IMG/VR virus record: IMGVR_UViG_3300020156_000056
Span: 1 to 39,952 of that record
DNA from: a virus
Lineage: Duplodnaviria; Caudoviricetes
DNA length: 39,952 nt
Reading direction: 5' to 3' (one strand)
The first letter of the stretch is position 1, and every line of letters begins with the position of its first letter. Positions 15,854-26,100 of the stretch are shown here, piece by piece. The notes under the pieces are model-generated. The model made no database searches. It had not been told where the DNA came from and was given only the letters and a program-made list of their open reading frames with translations. Made by a program: the position numbers and the translations under genes.

Positions 15854-18800
15854 TTATACCTTCCTCTGTAGTGTTACGCGGCCAACTTTGGCATTAGCGA
15901 TCTGTTTAGATAAATTACCTCTAGCGCTGATAAGGCTCGAATACGGGCTTGAATAGGTGGAGATCTTAGAACCGCCGCCACCGGATTTTTCCTTAGGGCG
16001 AATGGCTACATTGCCGCGGCTATCCCTGAACTTGTTCTTCGCTACCCCTGCTTTTTCTAAGGTGTCACCATACTTGATAATGTCTTCAGCTATAGACTTC
16101 CCATCAGGGTCGCCACTCAGGAGTTCGTACAGGCTTGATTTGTCTAGTGAGTAGAGGTCACGAGTAGCTTTCTGGAAGTCTGCGCCAGCGCGAAGTTTCA
16201 TCAAATTACTAGCCTTCTTGATTTCATCGACTTTAGATAGGTTGCCGTTCAACTTGTCTTTCTCGAAGTTAGCAAGCGCAAGTTGAAACTCAGCCTTCGG
16301 GTCTATATCCAACTGCTTCTTCTTTTGGGTGCTTGTAAGGCGAGCAAACTTGTTAATCGTTTGTTCTGATTCGGGGGATATGTCTAAGGGTAGAAGTTCG
16401 GGAGCTTTGCGTAAGGCGGCTAACTGTTGCTTCTTGTCCAAGGCTTCACGTAGTTCAGGATCTTCACGGGCTGCTTCCCTCTGTTCGGCGGGCTTGAGTT
16501 TTAAGAACTCCTGTTGTTTCTTGGTGAACAACAAAGCATCTTCTGCGCCAGTGTCAGAATTAGATGTCCCAGTGGCGGCTGAATAACCAGAAGATGTAGG
16601 TGTTTTACTGTCTTTGGGTTTATAGGGAACTAAAGTATTTTGTAACCTTGATCCTATAATCGGTATCTGGCGGAGTCCTAAGCGGCTAAGCTGCGTAGCG
16701 TCGTTATACCCATCTCCTGATTTGATAGCTACTTTCCCATTCATATTGGCTGAGTTTTCTGGAAGCTTCTTCTTTTGGGCGATCTCAGATACCGCGCCTA
16801 CCAATTCAGCTGCACTACCCGCTGTAGGACCACCAAACGTACCGATGGCCATACTTACACGGCGATCAGGGGTAAGGTATTTGTTGTTGAGAGGTACCAT
16901 GCTGCGGTAAACATCCATAATCAGGCCAGCGCCACCGACATTGCCGAAAGCTTCTATTGCCTTTCGTTTTTTGTCTTCTTCTTCGGGACGGTTGTTGAGG
17001 TCGCGTTTAACTTCAGCAAGAACATAACCGACAGGCAAAGCGGCGGCTAATCGGGCGAGTGGTTTAAAGTTACCTTTGGCGGCGGGTTTTAGTACTTCAT
17101 TACTAAAGAATTTACTTTGCGAATAAGAGAACGTACGGAATTGGGCGACCAATTTTCCAAGTGGTGAATCTACCCATCCTGGTAGGTCTTGAGGGTCTAC
17201 TTTAAATTGAGTTTTCTCGACAATCTTACGGGCTGCTTGAATTTGTTGAGCTTCGGTAAGCTTCTTGCCTATCTCACCTTCTACACCTAGTTTCTTGAGT
17301 GTATTTACGTCACCTTTGGCAGCTAGGCTATCGGCATAACGCTTGCCAGCGATAGCCGCCACAGAACGGTTGAAGCCTTCTACCTTGCCGAAACCCGGGG
17401 CGGTGACCTTACCTAAAGTCTTGCCTACAAAACCGGTTTCTGTTTTAAGGTCGTTTAATACCCCGTCTGCAGTGACACCGCTCTTTTGTACAAATGCCCT
17501 GTTCTTGGGGTCTAGTTGTCCGATCATCGAACCAAGTGTTCGCATATGTCCAGTTACGATACCCGTGTTTACACTCTGAGATGAGTTCGTAATAGCACCA
17601 AGTCCAAGTCGGGTGGTTGATAAGTAGCCGCGCATTTTACCTGAGGCATCGAGCGCTGTCTGCGAATACTTACGAGCGCCGGAGGCTACATCATAGGCGT
17701 TCTTCATTGCCTCGGTGTCGTAGCCTTCTTTACCAGCCTGATCTATTAGCTTTAGGGCTACGGAATCATCTTTGCCTAGGTTTTCCGTTTGGGCGATACG
17801 GTGTGATGATCCTTGGATATAACTTACTAATGAATTAGGGGTTTTGTCGTAGAACGGGAGGTCTACTAAACGTGAGGCTTCAAGATTTCCAAACTTCCTA
17901 TTACGTGAAACATCACGGGCATACCCTAAGAGTTTAATTGCTGCAGCAGTATCAGGAGCTTGCCCTGTTTTAACAATATGGTTGATTGCTTCGTTATAAG
18001 TGTTCTTATCTTTAAAAACCTTGTCGTAGTCAATAAAATGAGGGTAATAATTAGGACCAAGATCACCAACTTCAAGCCCGGCATTAACAGCACGCTCGCG
18101 TATAGATGGATGGGTGGTTTGCCATTCTTGTATAGCCTGGGCAACTTTGGGATTCTTTGGTTCCACAAGCCCCTGCGTAGCGTCAACAAAGTTCTCGTAG
18201 TCTTTGCCTTTCAGGCTTCGGACAGTCGGTAACCTACTAGCAAGTTCGCCCTGATACATTTCTTCGGTATCCCGCGTTTTCTGCAATAAGCTACCAAGTT
18301 GTTTGCCGGGTTCACCCTGGCGTTCAATAATACTACGGGTTGAACGGAACATTTTATCTATGTTCTTTACTTGCTTGGTGCCTTGTGTTGGTAAGAAGTC
18401 ATCCGGTGAAGTCGTTTGTTTGCCTGGCGGCGTCATATCAGGTTTGTTGTTCTGGAAGAACTGGTCTTCAGGATGTACCGCGTCAACAGTAGGAGCCTCA
18501 CCTTTACGCATCGATGCGATCATGGCTTGTTTAGCTTCGGGGGACATGGATTGGGCGGCCATAGCTGGATCACCGAGTTTCTGGGCTATCTGCTGTTCTG
18601 CTACTTTGTCACCGGAGTTGTGGGCTTTTTCTAGGGCTGCTTGTAATTCGGCCTGTGGGCGAGCGCCTGTATTGTCCAATGGCTTACCCTTCCTACCTGG
18701 TAAAGCTATGTAACCGCCTTGGGAGCGCTCGCGCATATCCTGGTTCTCTAGCCAGTCTGCGATACGTTCAAAGCGGGCTTTCTGTGAACCGGATGTAATG

Positions 18801-19915
18801 TCGAGTCCTGCACGTTTGGCGGCACTCATGGCTTGTTTAGCAAGCAGGTTGCGTTCTGCACCACTGCCGTAGGTCTTATCCAGTCCCATAACCACATCTG
18901 CGTAATCAGAGATTAGGTAGCGTTCGCGGGGTGGTATGACTGGTTGGTCTTGGAATAATGTTTTGGTATTTTTAGTGACAGTTTTGGCGGCGGCTTTTGC
19001 TTTTGGGCTGTTGGACAACTCGTGTATGCCGCCAAATGCTGCGCCTGTTGCTAGGCCCATAGCTGCGGCCTGTGGTACGCCTTCAATGGTGCTTTGATTT
19101 GGATTGTAACTGTGTTGGGCAGCAAGGTTTTGTAAGAGTTGTGTAGCACCGCCTTGAACAGCATTAGATATACCGGACTCTACTATCCGTCCAGTGCCTT
19201 TACTGAGGATTTTACCGGAAGGGTTTAGCATATTTCTAAATGCGAAGGTAGATAATGCTGCGCCTGGCAAGGCTGAAGCGTTGGCAACTATAGCTGTACG
19301 TCTAGGGTCTACGCCTGCATCTTGGGAATTTTTAAAAGTAGGCGCGGCGAGTTGTGAGTATTGCTGTGCGAATCCTGCTGCTGGATTTACTCCAAAGGCT
19401 GCTATTCCACCTGCTGTATTTGTTGCAAAATCGGCAAGCTTACCAACGCCAGTATTATGTTGTTTGGCTGCTTGAACGGCGGTGTTGTCTAATGTGGAAT
19501 CTGCCGAATTTCCTACTTTGGTAACAGCGCGGCCTACGCCAGAGGTGGGAGTAAAGGCCTGTAAGTTCCCTCCAATTGCTTGAAGGGGCTGTGAAATGAC
19601 GCTGCGGGCAAAAGTTGAGGCACCTGTCCCGATACCTTGTCCAATAGCCTCAAGGGGTGTAGAAGGTGTAAAGACGGCTTTATTGAACTGTTGGTAAGAG
19701 TTGGGGGAAACCTGCTGATTACTCAAAAGGGCACTAATTTTAGCCCTGTTCTGAGCACGTAAGGCAGGGTTCGCTAGAGACTGTTGCTGCAAAGTCCGTA
19801 CAGCATTACCAACTTGGGGGTTTGCCCGCGGTGCTTGCTGCTGTCCAACTAAACTCGTATAGCCCCTGCTAGCCAGGTCTTTCGCTTTTTTGGCCAGGTC
19901 ATCTATAAACGACAT
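15854..19915 (-). CDS. Large internal virion / DNA ejection protein
   Basis: 1353 aa with an Ala/Gly/Gln-rich N-half and a LVAQFRTFSY motif, as seen in large podovirus ejection proteins. Confidence 0.7.
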   Translation of the reverse strand: MSFIDDLAKKAKDLASRGYTSLVGQQQAPRANPQVGNAVRTLQQQSLANPALRAQNRAKISALLSNQQVSPNSYQQFNKAVFTPSTPLEAIGQGIGTGASTFARSVISQPLQAIGGNLQAFTPTSGVGRAVTKVGNSADSTLDNTAVQAAKQHNTGVGKLADFATNTAGGIAAFGVNPAAGFAQQYSQLAAPTFKNSQDAGVDPRRTAIVANASALPGAALSTFAFRNMLNPSGKILSKGTGRIVESGISNAVQGGATQLLQNLAAQHSYNPNQSTIEGVPQAAAMGLATGAAFGGIHELSNSPKAKAAAKTVTKNTKTLFQDQPVIPPRERYLISDYADVVMGLDKTYGSGAERNLLAKQAMSAAKRAGLDITSGSQKARFERIADWLENQDMRERSQGGYIALPGRKGKPLDNTGARPQAELQAALEKAHNSGDKVAEQQIAQKLGDPAMAAQSMSPEAKQAMIASMRKGEAPTVDAVHPEDQFFQNNKPDMTPPGKQTTSPDDFLPTQGTKQVKNIDKMFRSTRSIIERQGEPGKQLGSLLQKTRDTEEMYQGELASRLPTVRSLKGKDYENFVDATQGLVEPKNPKVAQAIQEWQTTHPSIRERAVNAGLEVGDLGPNYYPHFIDYDKVFKDKNTYNEAINHIVKTGQAPDTAAAIKLLGYARDVSRNRKFGNLEASRLVDLPFYDKTPNSLVSYIQGSSHRIAQTENLGKDDSVALKLIDQAGKEGYDTEAMKNAYDVASGARKYSQTALDASGKMRGYLSTTRLGLGAITNSSQSVNTGIVTGHMRTLGSMIGQLDPKNRAFVQKSGVTADGVLNDLKTETGFVGKTLGKVTAPGFGKVEGFNRSVAAIAGKRYADSLAAKGDVNTLKKLGVEGEIGKKLTEAQQIQAARKIVEKTQFKVDPQDLPGWVDSPLGKLVAQFRTFSYSQSKFFSNEVLKPAAKGNFKPLARLAAALPVGYVLAEVKRDLNNRPEEEDKKRKAIEAFGNVGGAGLIMDVYRSMVPLNNKYLTPDRRVSMAIGTFGGPTAGSAAELVGAVSEIAQKKKLPENSANMNGKVAIKSGDGYNDATQLSRLGLRQIPIIGSRLQNTLVPYKPKDSKTPTSSGYSAATGTSNSDTGAEDALLFTKKQQEFLKLKPAEQREAAREDPELREALDKKQQLAALRKAPELLPLDISPESEQTINKFARLTSTQKKKQLDIDPKAEFQLALANFEKDKLNGNLSKVDEIKKASNLMKLRAGADFQKATRDLYSLDKSSLYELLSGDPDGKSIAEDIIKYGDTLEKAGVAKNKFRDSRGNVAIRPKEKSGGGGSKISTYSSPYSSLISARGNLSKQIANAKVGRVTLQRKV

Positions 19916-20436
19916 TAGTTGAGCCTCGCAAATTCACCATATATTTGAGAAGCGGTTTTGTTATAAGCTAGTGAGGCTTCTCTTGCAGTTAAAAAGCAAC
20001 CTAAACAGATGCGTTCTTTGCCATGGCCTATATAAGCGGCATATTTATCGGTGTCTTTTCGATAACTTACACCTTTATATCCACTGGTGTTATTTGTCGG
20101 TGCCCCTCTGTTTCGTAGGTTCTCTTTATGAGTGGCGTATCTTAAGTTCGTGATTCGGTTGTCGCGCTTGTCGCCGTTTATGTGGTCGATAACAAATCCA
20201 GCTTTGCGCGGTAATACATACCATTGCATCTTGACGATTTTGTGGTCATATCTCCTGACTGCGTAGTTTGAGCCGTAGCCCGATTTGAGCGTCCAGTTAT
20301 ATTTATCAAGCCATGCAAACTCTTTATCCACAATTGCGTAACCGTGTTTTGCTTCTTTGCCAATCGGTATCAAAGCAACGTCATCTTTAATAATGGCTGG
20401 TCTGTGTCCGTGTAGTGATCCAATTTTTCCTGCCAT
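19915..20436 (-). CDS. HNH endonuclease with C-terminal AP2 domain (homing-type)
   Basis: IDHINGDKRDNRITNLR (HNH_3) plus NNTSGYKGV...LGCF..AREASLAYN (AP2). Confidence 0.93.
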   Translation of the reverse strand: MAGKIGSLHGHRPAIIKDDVALIPIGKEAKHGYAIVDKEFAWLDKYNWTLKSGYGSNYAVRRYDHKIVKMQWYVLPRKAGFVIDHINGDKRDNRITNLRYATHKENLRNRGAPTNNTSGYKGVSYRKDTDKYAAYIGHGKERICLGCFLTAREASLAYNKTASQIYGEFARLN

Positions 20437-20453
20437 AGAAGATATCCTGAAAA

Positions 20454-21515
20454 TTACTGGATGATATTTCCGAATCGATCTCTTTTTCCTGGAAGCGCGG
20501 GAAGAAGCATTGGGTCAACGTCTGCGGCTTGTGGGTTGGCTGCATCTACGCCACCACCACGGGAAAGGTTGTATTGGTCTAAGGAAGGAGCGGCAAAGCT
20601 AAGGTTGTTCTGGCGCATCACGGGTGAAGCATATTGACTGCCAAGCTTAGTAATTTGTCCTAAGAGGCTATTAATCTGTGCTTCGTATGGTGAGCGTGCT
20701 TGTAAGGCTTGCTGGTAGTTTTGGCCGTTCAGGAGACTCTTGTTTACGCCTACGCCACCGAGTTGGTCTAATAGGCTTGCGCGGGTTTGGGCGATGCCTG
20801 CACGGAGGGAGTTTTCTTGCTGGAACTTCTGGTTGTTTAAGTCCTCAAGGGTCTGCATGTAGTTGCGTTCGGTATCTTGCCATCCGGTGTCAAGCTTGCG
20901 CATGTTACCGCCGTATGTTTGCTGGACACCTTGGAGGTCGTTTGTACCTTCGCGTAAGGCGGCTTGAGGTGCGGCGTCATAGGCTGCAGATGAGTTACCG
21001 GACCCGGCAATACCTAAGAGGCGCTGTAGGGCGTTCATGTTGGAGCGTACTTTGGTGTTCACGTTGTTACGCGAGTTCAGCATGCTTTGAGTGGTACCTT
21101 GGACGCCAGTATCATAGTCACGTTTAGCCAAGCCGCGTTGAGTATCTAAGCGGTTTGCAGATTGGTTATAGCTGTTGGTTACGTTTCCAAGGCCGACGTT
21201 CAGTTGTTCGTCTAAGCCACCAAGCCCTTGGTTGATTTTGGCTTCTTGGTCGGCATATTCGGCAAGTGCTTGGTTTCTGTCCGCGCCACTAAGTCCAGCG
21301 CCTTCGCCGTAAAAGCCACTTGGCTGCACCATTTGACCAGCGTTTTTGGGTGCGTAGGATGGTGCCCACTCAACGGCTTCGATGCCAGTTGAGGGATTAG
21401 CTATTCCGCGTCCAAGCTGAGTAAGGGTGCTTGTTCCTGCACCAGGGGTAAGATAATCATAGGTGCGGCCTACGGCTTGCGCGGCTCGACCTGCAATAGA
21501 GTCTAGTAAACCCAT
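20454..21515 (-). CDS. Putative internal virion / ejection protein
   Basis: 353 aa, Gln/Asn/Gly-rich coiled coil, in the structural module. Confidence 0.6.
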   Translation of the reverse strand: MGLLDSIAGRAAQAVGRTYDYLTPGAGTSTLTQLGRGIANPSTGIEAVEWAPSYAPKNAGQMVQPSGFYGEGAGLSGADRNQALAEYADQEAKINQGLGGLDEQLNVGLGNVTNSYNQSANRLDTQRGLAKRDYDTGVQGTTQSMLNSRNNVNTKVRSNMNALQRLLGIAGSGNSSAAYDAAPQAALREGTNDLQGVQQTYGGNMRKLDTGWQDTERNYMQTLEDLNNQKFQQENSLRAGIAQTRASLLDQLGGVGVNKSLLNGQNYQQALQARSPYEAQINSLLGQITKLGSQYASPVMRQNNLSFAAPSLDQYNLSRGGGVDAANPQAADVDPMLLPALPGKRDRFGNIIQ

Positions 21516-21516
21516 T

Positions 21517-21560
21517 AAAAAAGACCTCGTAATTAGAATTGTTCTAACTTACGTGGTCTT
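21517..21560 (-). terminator. Terminator-like hairpin directly upstream of the ATG at 21515
   Basis: AAGACC..CGTAA..TTAGAA / TTCTAA..TTACG..GGTCTT stem followed by T6 on the minus strand. Confidence 0.55.
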
Positions 21561-21630
21561 CTTCTCTCAAGAAGTGGCGAGCTGCTAGCGTTTCGCTAAC
21601 TGGCTCTCCGTAATTACTCTTATAATACTA

Positions 21631-22149
21631 CTATTGGGCTACCTGTGCAAAGTGTTCAACGGTGAGAGTGACACCACGGTCCTCACATACCGCAAAGCCA
21701 GTGTCTGTATATTTAGGGTCAATAATAGCTCCTTTGTGCTTAGGGCTGCTCATCCAGCTATCTACCACCTCTTGATTATTCATAAAGGTGCCTTTGTTTA
21801 AATTTTCGGACTCGTACACCACTTTCGGTATTAATTCACTAATCTTACTATAATGTTTCTCACCTGTCTTCGGATTGATGTGTTCATAATATTGGTTATC
21901 AACCATATCTTTACACTTTGCTTCAGCAGTTGTATTCAGAGCAGAATTATACCTTAAAGCTGGTACATTATAAGCTTTTCTAACATCGCTAATAGCGCTA
22001 TATAGCAAATCAGGTGATATTGATTCTGTAGCCCTCGCTGTTGCTACACTAGCTGTCTTAGAATCAGACTTCTCTACATATACCGCGACAGCACAGTATA
22101 GACCATATAGGCCTAGTAAGATTCCCAAGATTATTAGCATTTTCTTCAT
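21631..22149 (-). CDS. CAP/SCP-domain membrane-anchored protein (moron)
   Basis: N-terminal TM. R...VPALRYNSALNTTAEAKCKDM...YYEH, SENL, WMSSPKH...TGFAV CAP signature. Confidence 0.9.
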   Translation of the reverse strand: MKKMLIILGILLGLYGLYCAVAVYVEKSDSKTASVATARATESISPDLLYSAISDVRKAYNVPALRYNSALNTTAEAKCKDMVDNQYYEHINPKTGEKHYSKISELIPKVVYESENLNKGTFMNNQEVVDSWMSSPKHKGAIIDPKYTDTGFAVCEDRGVTLTVEHFAQVAQ

Positions 22150-22157
22150 AAATGGTG

Positions 22158-22199
22158 ATTATACCACTAATGCTAACTATTAACAAGCAAGAGTATAAT
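22158..22199. promoter_or_regulatory. Divergent promoters for near-leaderless transcripts
   Basis: Minus strand: TTGTTA, 17 bp, TATAAT (TGG-extended), 8 nt before ATG 22149. Plus strand: TATAAT at 22194-22199, 7 nt before ATG 22207. Confidence 0.65.
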
Positions 22200-22206
22200 G
22201 TACACT

Positions 22207-22353
22207 ATGGAAAAATTCTGGCGTAATCTATGGCGCATTATCTACATACCGATAGTAATAGCTCTAATGGCTGGCGGTATATACCTGCTATTTACAGGTG
22301 GGGGAACTAGCGGGCCAGATGATGACCCGTGGGTTACACGCGGAGATATGTAG
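22207..22353 (+). CDS. Small single-TM protein (48 aa)
   Basis: MEKFWRNLWRIIYIPIVIALMAGGIYLLFTGGG... Has its own -10 box and converges on the stop at 22357. Confidence 0.65.
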   Translation: MEKFWRNLWRIIYIPIVIALMAGGIYLLFTGGGTSGPDDDPWVTRGDM

Positions 22354-22356
22354 CTA

Positions 22357-22701
22357 TCAATCTTGCTTAATCAAAAAGGCAAAGACTCGTTTACGGCTTT
22401 CGTGGTCGTCGTATGCCCGTGCTGAGTTTGCGGCCTTGATAAACCGCTCCTTACCAACCACCTTTAAACGTTTAATGAACCACAGTCTGTACTTATCCAC
22501 AATCAGGTCTGAAGCCCAATCAATTAAACTATCTTGTTCACTAATAGCAATTGCTATTGTTGTTTTAGTTTCTGTTTTTCTATTGCCATAGCTATTGTAA
22601 TTGCTATTGGTCTTCTGGCTTAAGAGGTCGCCTACGCTCTCCATAAACAAATTCCAATCTAGACCCTCGAACATATTGTCGGGGCTTGGTTTCTTTGACA
22701 T
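22357..22701 (-). CDS. Hypothetical protein with internal palindromic repeats (possible replication-origin protein)
   Basis: 114 aa, AAAGGA RBS. Internal GCTATTG repeats and a 16-bp palindrome. Confidence 0.7.
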   Translation of the reverse strand: MSKKPSPDNMFEGLDWNLFMESVGDLLSQKTNSNYNSYGNRKTETKTTIAIAISEQDSLIDWASDLIVDKYRLWFIKRLKVVGKERFIKAANSARAYDDHESRKRVFAFLIKQD

Positions 22702-22764
22702 ATGAGCTAGTTCCTTTAGGCGCCTAATGGCTTAGCTATTTGTATTAACACTTCCCTTCTAAAC

Positions 22765-22808
22765 AAAAAAGCAGCCTATGCCTTCGTTAAAGAAGGGTTA
22801 AGACTGCT
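22765..22808 (-). terminator. Rho-independent terminator
   Basis: AGCAGCCT..CCTTC / GAAGG..AGACTGCT stem with a T6 tail on the minus strand. Confidence 0.65.
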
Positions 22809-22888
22809 ATACGGGTGGTAGCTGGGTGCTTAGTTCAAAGTGTTAATAAGTTAATCGCACTGACTAACTTACCTAGATTATACCATAC

Positions 22889-22930
22889 AAAAAGCCCCTA
22901 GCAATAGTCAGTGCGATGTATGCTAGGGGC
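22889..22930 (-). terminator. Rho-independent terminator
   Basis: GCCCCTAGCA/TGCTAGGGGC 10-bp stem with a T5 tail. Confidence 0.75.
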
Positions 22931-22957
22931 GGTACCTACTTTATTATACCAGAATAC

Positions 22958-22988
22958 AAAAAGAAAATCCCCCGCTTTACACGGGGGA
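22958..22988 (-). terminator. Rho-independent terminator
   Basis: TCCCCCG/CGGGGGA stem with a T-rich tail. Confidence 0.75.
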
Positions 22989-23198
22989 CTCTTGAGGACT
23001 GGTGGTCCTCGTATGTTTACTGCCATTCGTGGCTTTCAACACACCTACAAGTTTCACCAAAGATAATACTATATTGGATCAGGCATTGCAAGTACTGACC
23101 ACGTAAACCTCTCTTAACTTATTGCTAGAGGATGTGGAGTGTCTCTATGGTGTTTTTATTTTTGTTGTTAAGAGAGGCATAGATAGTTAGTAGTTCTA

Positions 23199-26100
23199 CT
23201 ATGACGGTAAGAGTGTGATGTCGTCAAACCAAGCATCCATTATCAAAGTACCGGAGCCAGTATGGCCGTAAATTCTAGGCTCGACATGCCCCCAATATGT
23301 ATCTGATGCAGTCGTGAAGTTTATGGTGTACTGCGTCCAATCGGTGGTGGTTTTAATATAGGTGCCTGAAGTTGATCCTGAGGCAGAACCATTTGCCTTT
23401 TGGTATAGGATAAAGAGATTTGCACCACCTCCTGAGTCGCCACTAACGTAGTTCGTCTTTAGCCAATAGGTAAGCGTGTAAGCGGTGTTAGGCTGTAGTA
23501 AAAATCCTGCTGCTGCGTTGTAAGCGACAGCGCCGTCACTTTTTAGTTCGATCCAAGAACTGGGGGCTGTAGTGCTTAATTTCATTGAGTAAGTTGATGA
23601 ATGCGATACTGAGTTGTCAAAGCGAGCTTCGCCGCTTCCACTTTTATTGAAGTACCATTTGAACAAGTCATTCGTGGTAGAGCCTGTGGCCGTTCCATCA
23701 ATCCATCGGGGTGAAGTGTTCGTAGTTGCGGTAAACGGTGGCGCGTACTCGAAGTCACCATTAAACACTAAGTTCGCGTCTATCTTCTTACGGGGTTTGG
23801 AAGGGACGTCTGAGCTAAAAGTGGCGCCAGTGATGGTACCATGGTTAGCGTTGCCGGATGTATCATTTGCGGTTGTCCCTGCGCCTTCATCAAGTTTCCA
23901 CAGACCAACTAAGTTTGTAGAGGTATACGTACCAGAAGTATATAGTTCTTTAATCTCACTCTGAGAGAGAAGACGTCCGAACAGCATTACTTCATCTAAC
24001 GAACCTATAAATATTTCAGTTATGCCTGCATAACCGCCTAACGTGAGTACTGCGGAAGTGTCTGTATTTCCTACGGTGCTTATGGTACCTGTTTTTACGG
24101 CAAGGCCATTTAAATAGAGAGTTACGACACCAGTTCTATCAAAAGTGGCAGCGACATGTGACCATTCATTGTTATTTACCTTAGTGGTTGAAGTTACAGT
24201 CGTTACAGATCCGTCACCTATAAGGGCAGAAAACAAGTTATTGCCTTCAACTCGCAAAGCGTATAATGTAGCGCCGCCACCTTTTCTTATGAAATACCTA
24301 ATCGTATTGCCAGTAGGCTTAATCCAAGCGGTGATAGTAAAGTTTTGGGCGGCACCAAACCTAAGACTAGATGCGTCTGGTACTTGTATAGGATTACTTG
24401 AAGAATTAAAGGTAAGACTTGTTCCAAAGTCTCTGACTTTAAACCTTGGTTTACTAGGTACGTCATTGGAGAATGTAGCGGTTGTTATTGTGCCAGTGTT
24501 TCCGTTTCCAGATACGTCGGCAGTTGTGGTACCAGTTCCTTCATCGAATGTATATCGGAACTTTAGATTATTAGGGACTACGCCGTTGTAATACAAGGCC
24601 GCAATTTCATTAGTAGCATTTGTTGGTATCCACATCATGGGTTCGTCTATGTAACCATCAAAATATTCTGCTCCCGTATTAAATCCTATAGCCAACTGAC
24701 CTACTGTAGTGTTGGCAGGTGCGGTGCCTGTTACGTAATCTACTTGTACACCGTTTATATAAAAAGTAGCGTCGTTGGCACCATCGAAATAAACAGCGTA
24801 ATGGTACCAGACGCCAGGCACTATTTTTACATCAGATAAGTAATCTTTTACACCTGTAGTGGTGAAGGCTATAGCGTCTTTATTTCTAGAAATTCTGAAT
24901 GTAGGGTTACCAACCATTACATGACGACCTGTACTGATGGAAGTTGCTTTGAACCAAGTTGCAACAACAAAATTATTTTCAAGTGCAGATGATGGGGCAT
25001 TCATACATTGAACTTTATCGGCTACACCATCAAATTTTAGTGATGTCCCAAAATCTCTTACTAGTTGTCTTTGTGTATTAACTGTAGGAGTAAGGGTTAT
25101 ATCGTCGAACCAGGCGTCCATGATTAAAGTGCCCGCACCGTTTGAACCTGTAATTAGGGGTCGGACATTCAAGTAGGCAGTAGTAGAAGCTGTCGTGAAC
25201 ACCATTGTATATTTGGTCCAATCAGTAGTCGTTTTTACTTTGGTTGAGGCTTGATCTACCACCGTACCGCCAGTTGTGCTATTTCTTTCAGTTATAAGGA
25301 GATATGCCCCGTCGTTGGAGTCGCCAGAAACATAGTTTGTTTTTAGCCAGAATGTACATGTGTAGCTGGTATTAGGCGTTGCGGGTATACCGTACTTGAA
25401 TACTTCACTGGCGGGCGATGTAGTTCGGATATTTGAAGTTTGGATACTACTGCCCGTCGCACTAGTAGATAATTTAAGCGAAGACGTGCCGCTATGTGAC
25501 ACAGTATTGTCTATATAGCATGATGAGGTTCCTGCTGTTAGAAATTCTGCCCAGCCGAATAAGTCGTTTGTAGTTGAGCCTGAAGCAGTACCGTCTATCC
25601 ACCTGTTTGCATTAGTTGTGGGCGCCGTGAATGGCGGCGCGTACTCGAAGTCACCATTGTTTATAAGATTATTTCCTACTTGTTTACGTAGTTTAGACGG
25701 GGTGTCATTAGAGAATACAGCGCCAGTGATTGTGCCGTGATTAGCTCCTACGCCTGAGTCAGCGACAGTTGAGCCTGCACCTTCATTGAAGTTCCATTCT
25801 GAATTAGGGGATACGGATGGGTTGCTAGTTGTGTAATCAAGAAGAACATCAGCAGCAGTAAGTCGGCTGTTGAAGATTTTGACTTTGTCCATTAAGCCAT
25901 TGAAGTTTAAAGAATTGGAAATACCGATATTTAAATCACCTGAAGGGGAGTTTGTATCGCCAGTATAGTCTACAGTGTGAGTTGAACCTAATTTATAGCC
26001 ATCTTCGTACTCATCACATTTAGCAGAGCCACTTTCTACATAAATGACATATGCTCGGTGGTGCCAGCGTCCATCACCGTTAGGGTGGTTGAAATTGCGG

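Noticed and set aside
12501-19475. Numerous + strand ORFs of 60-150 aa across the structural genes
   Set aside because: They are antisense shadows of long minus-strand genes, with no RBS or recognisable motifs.
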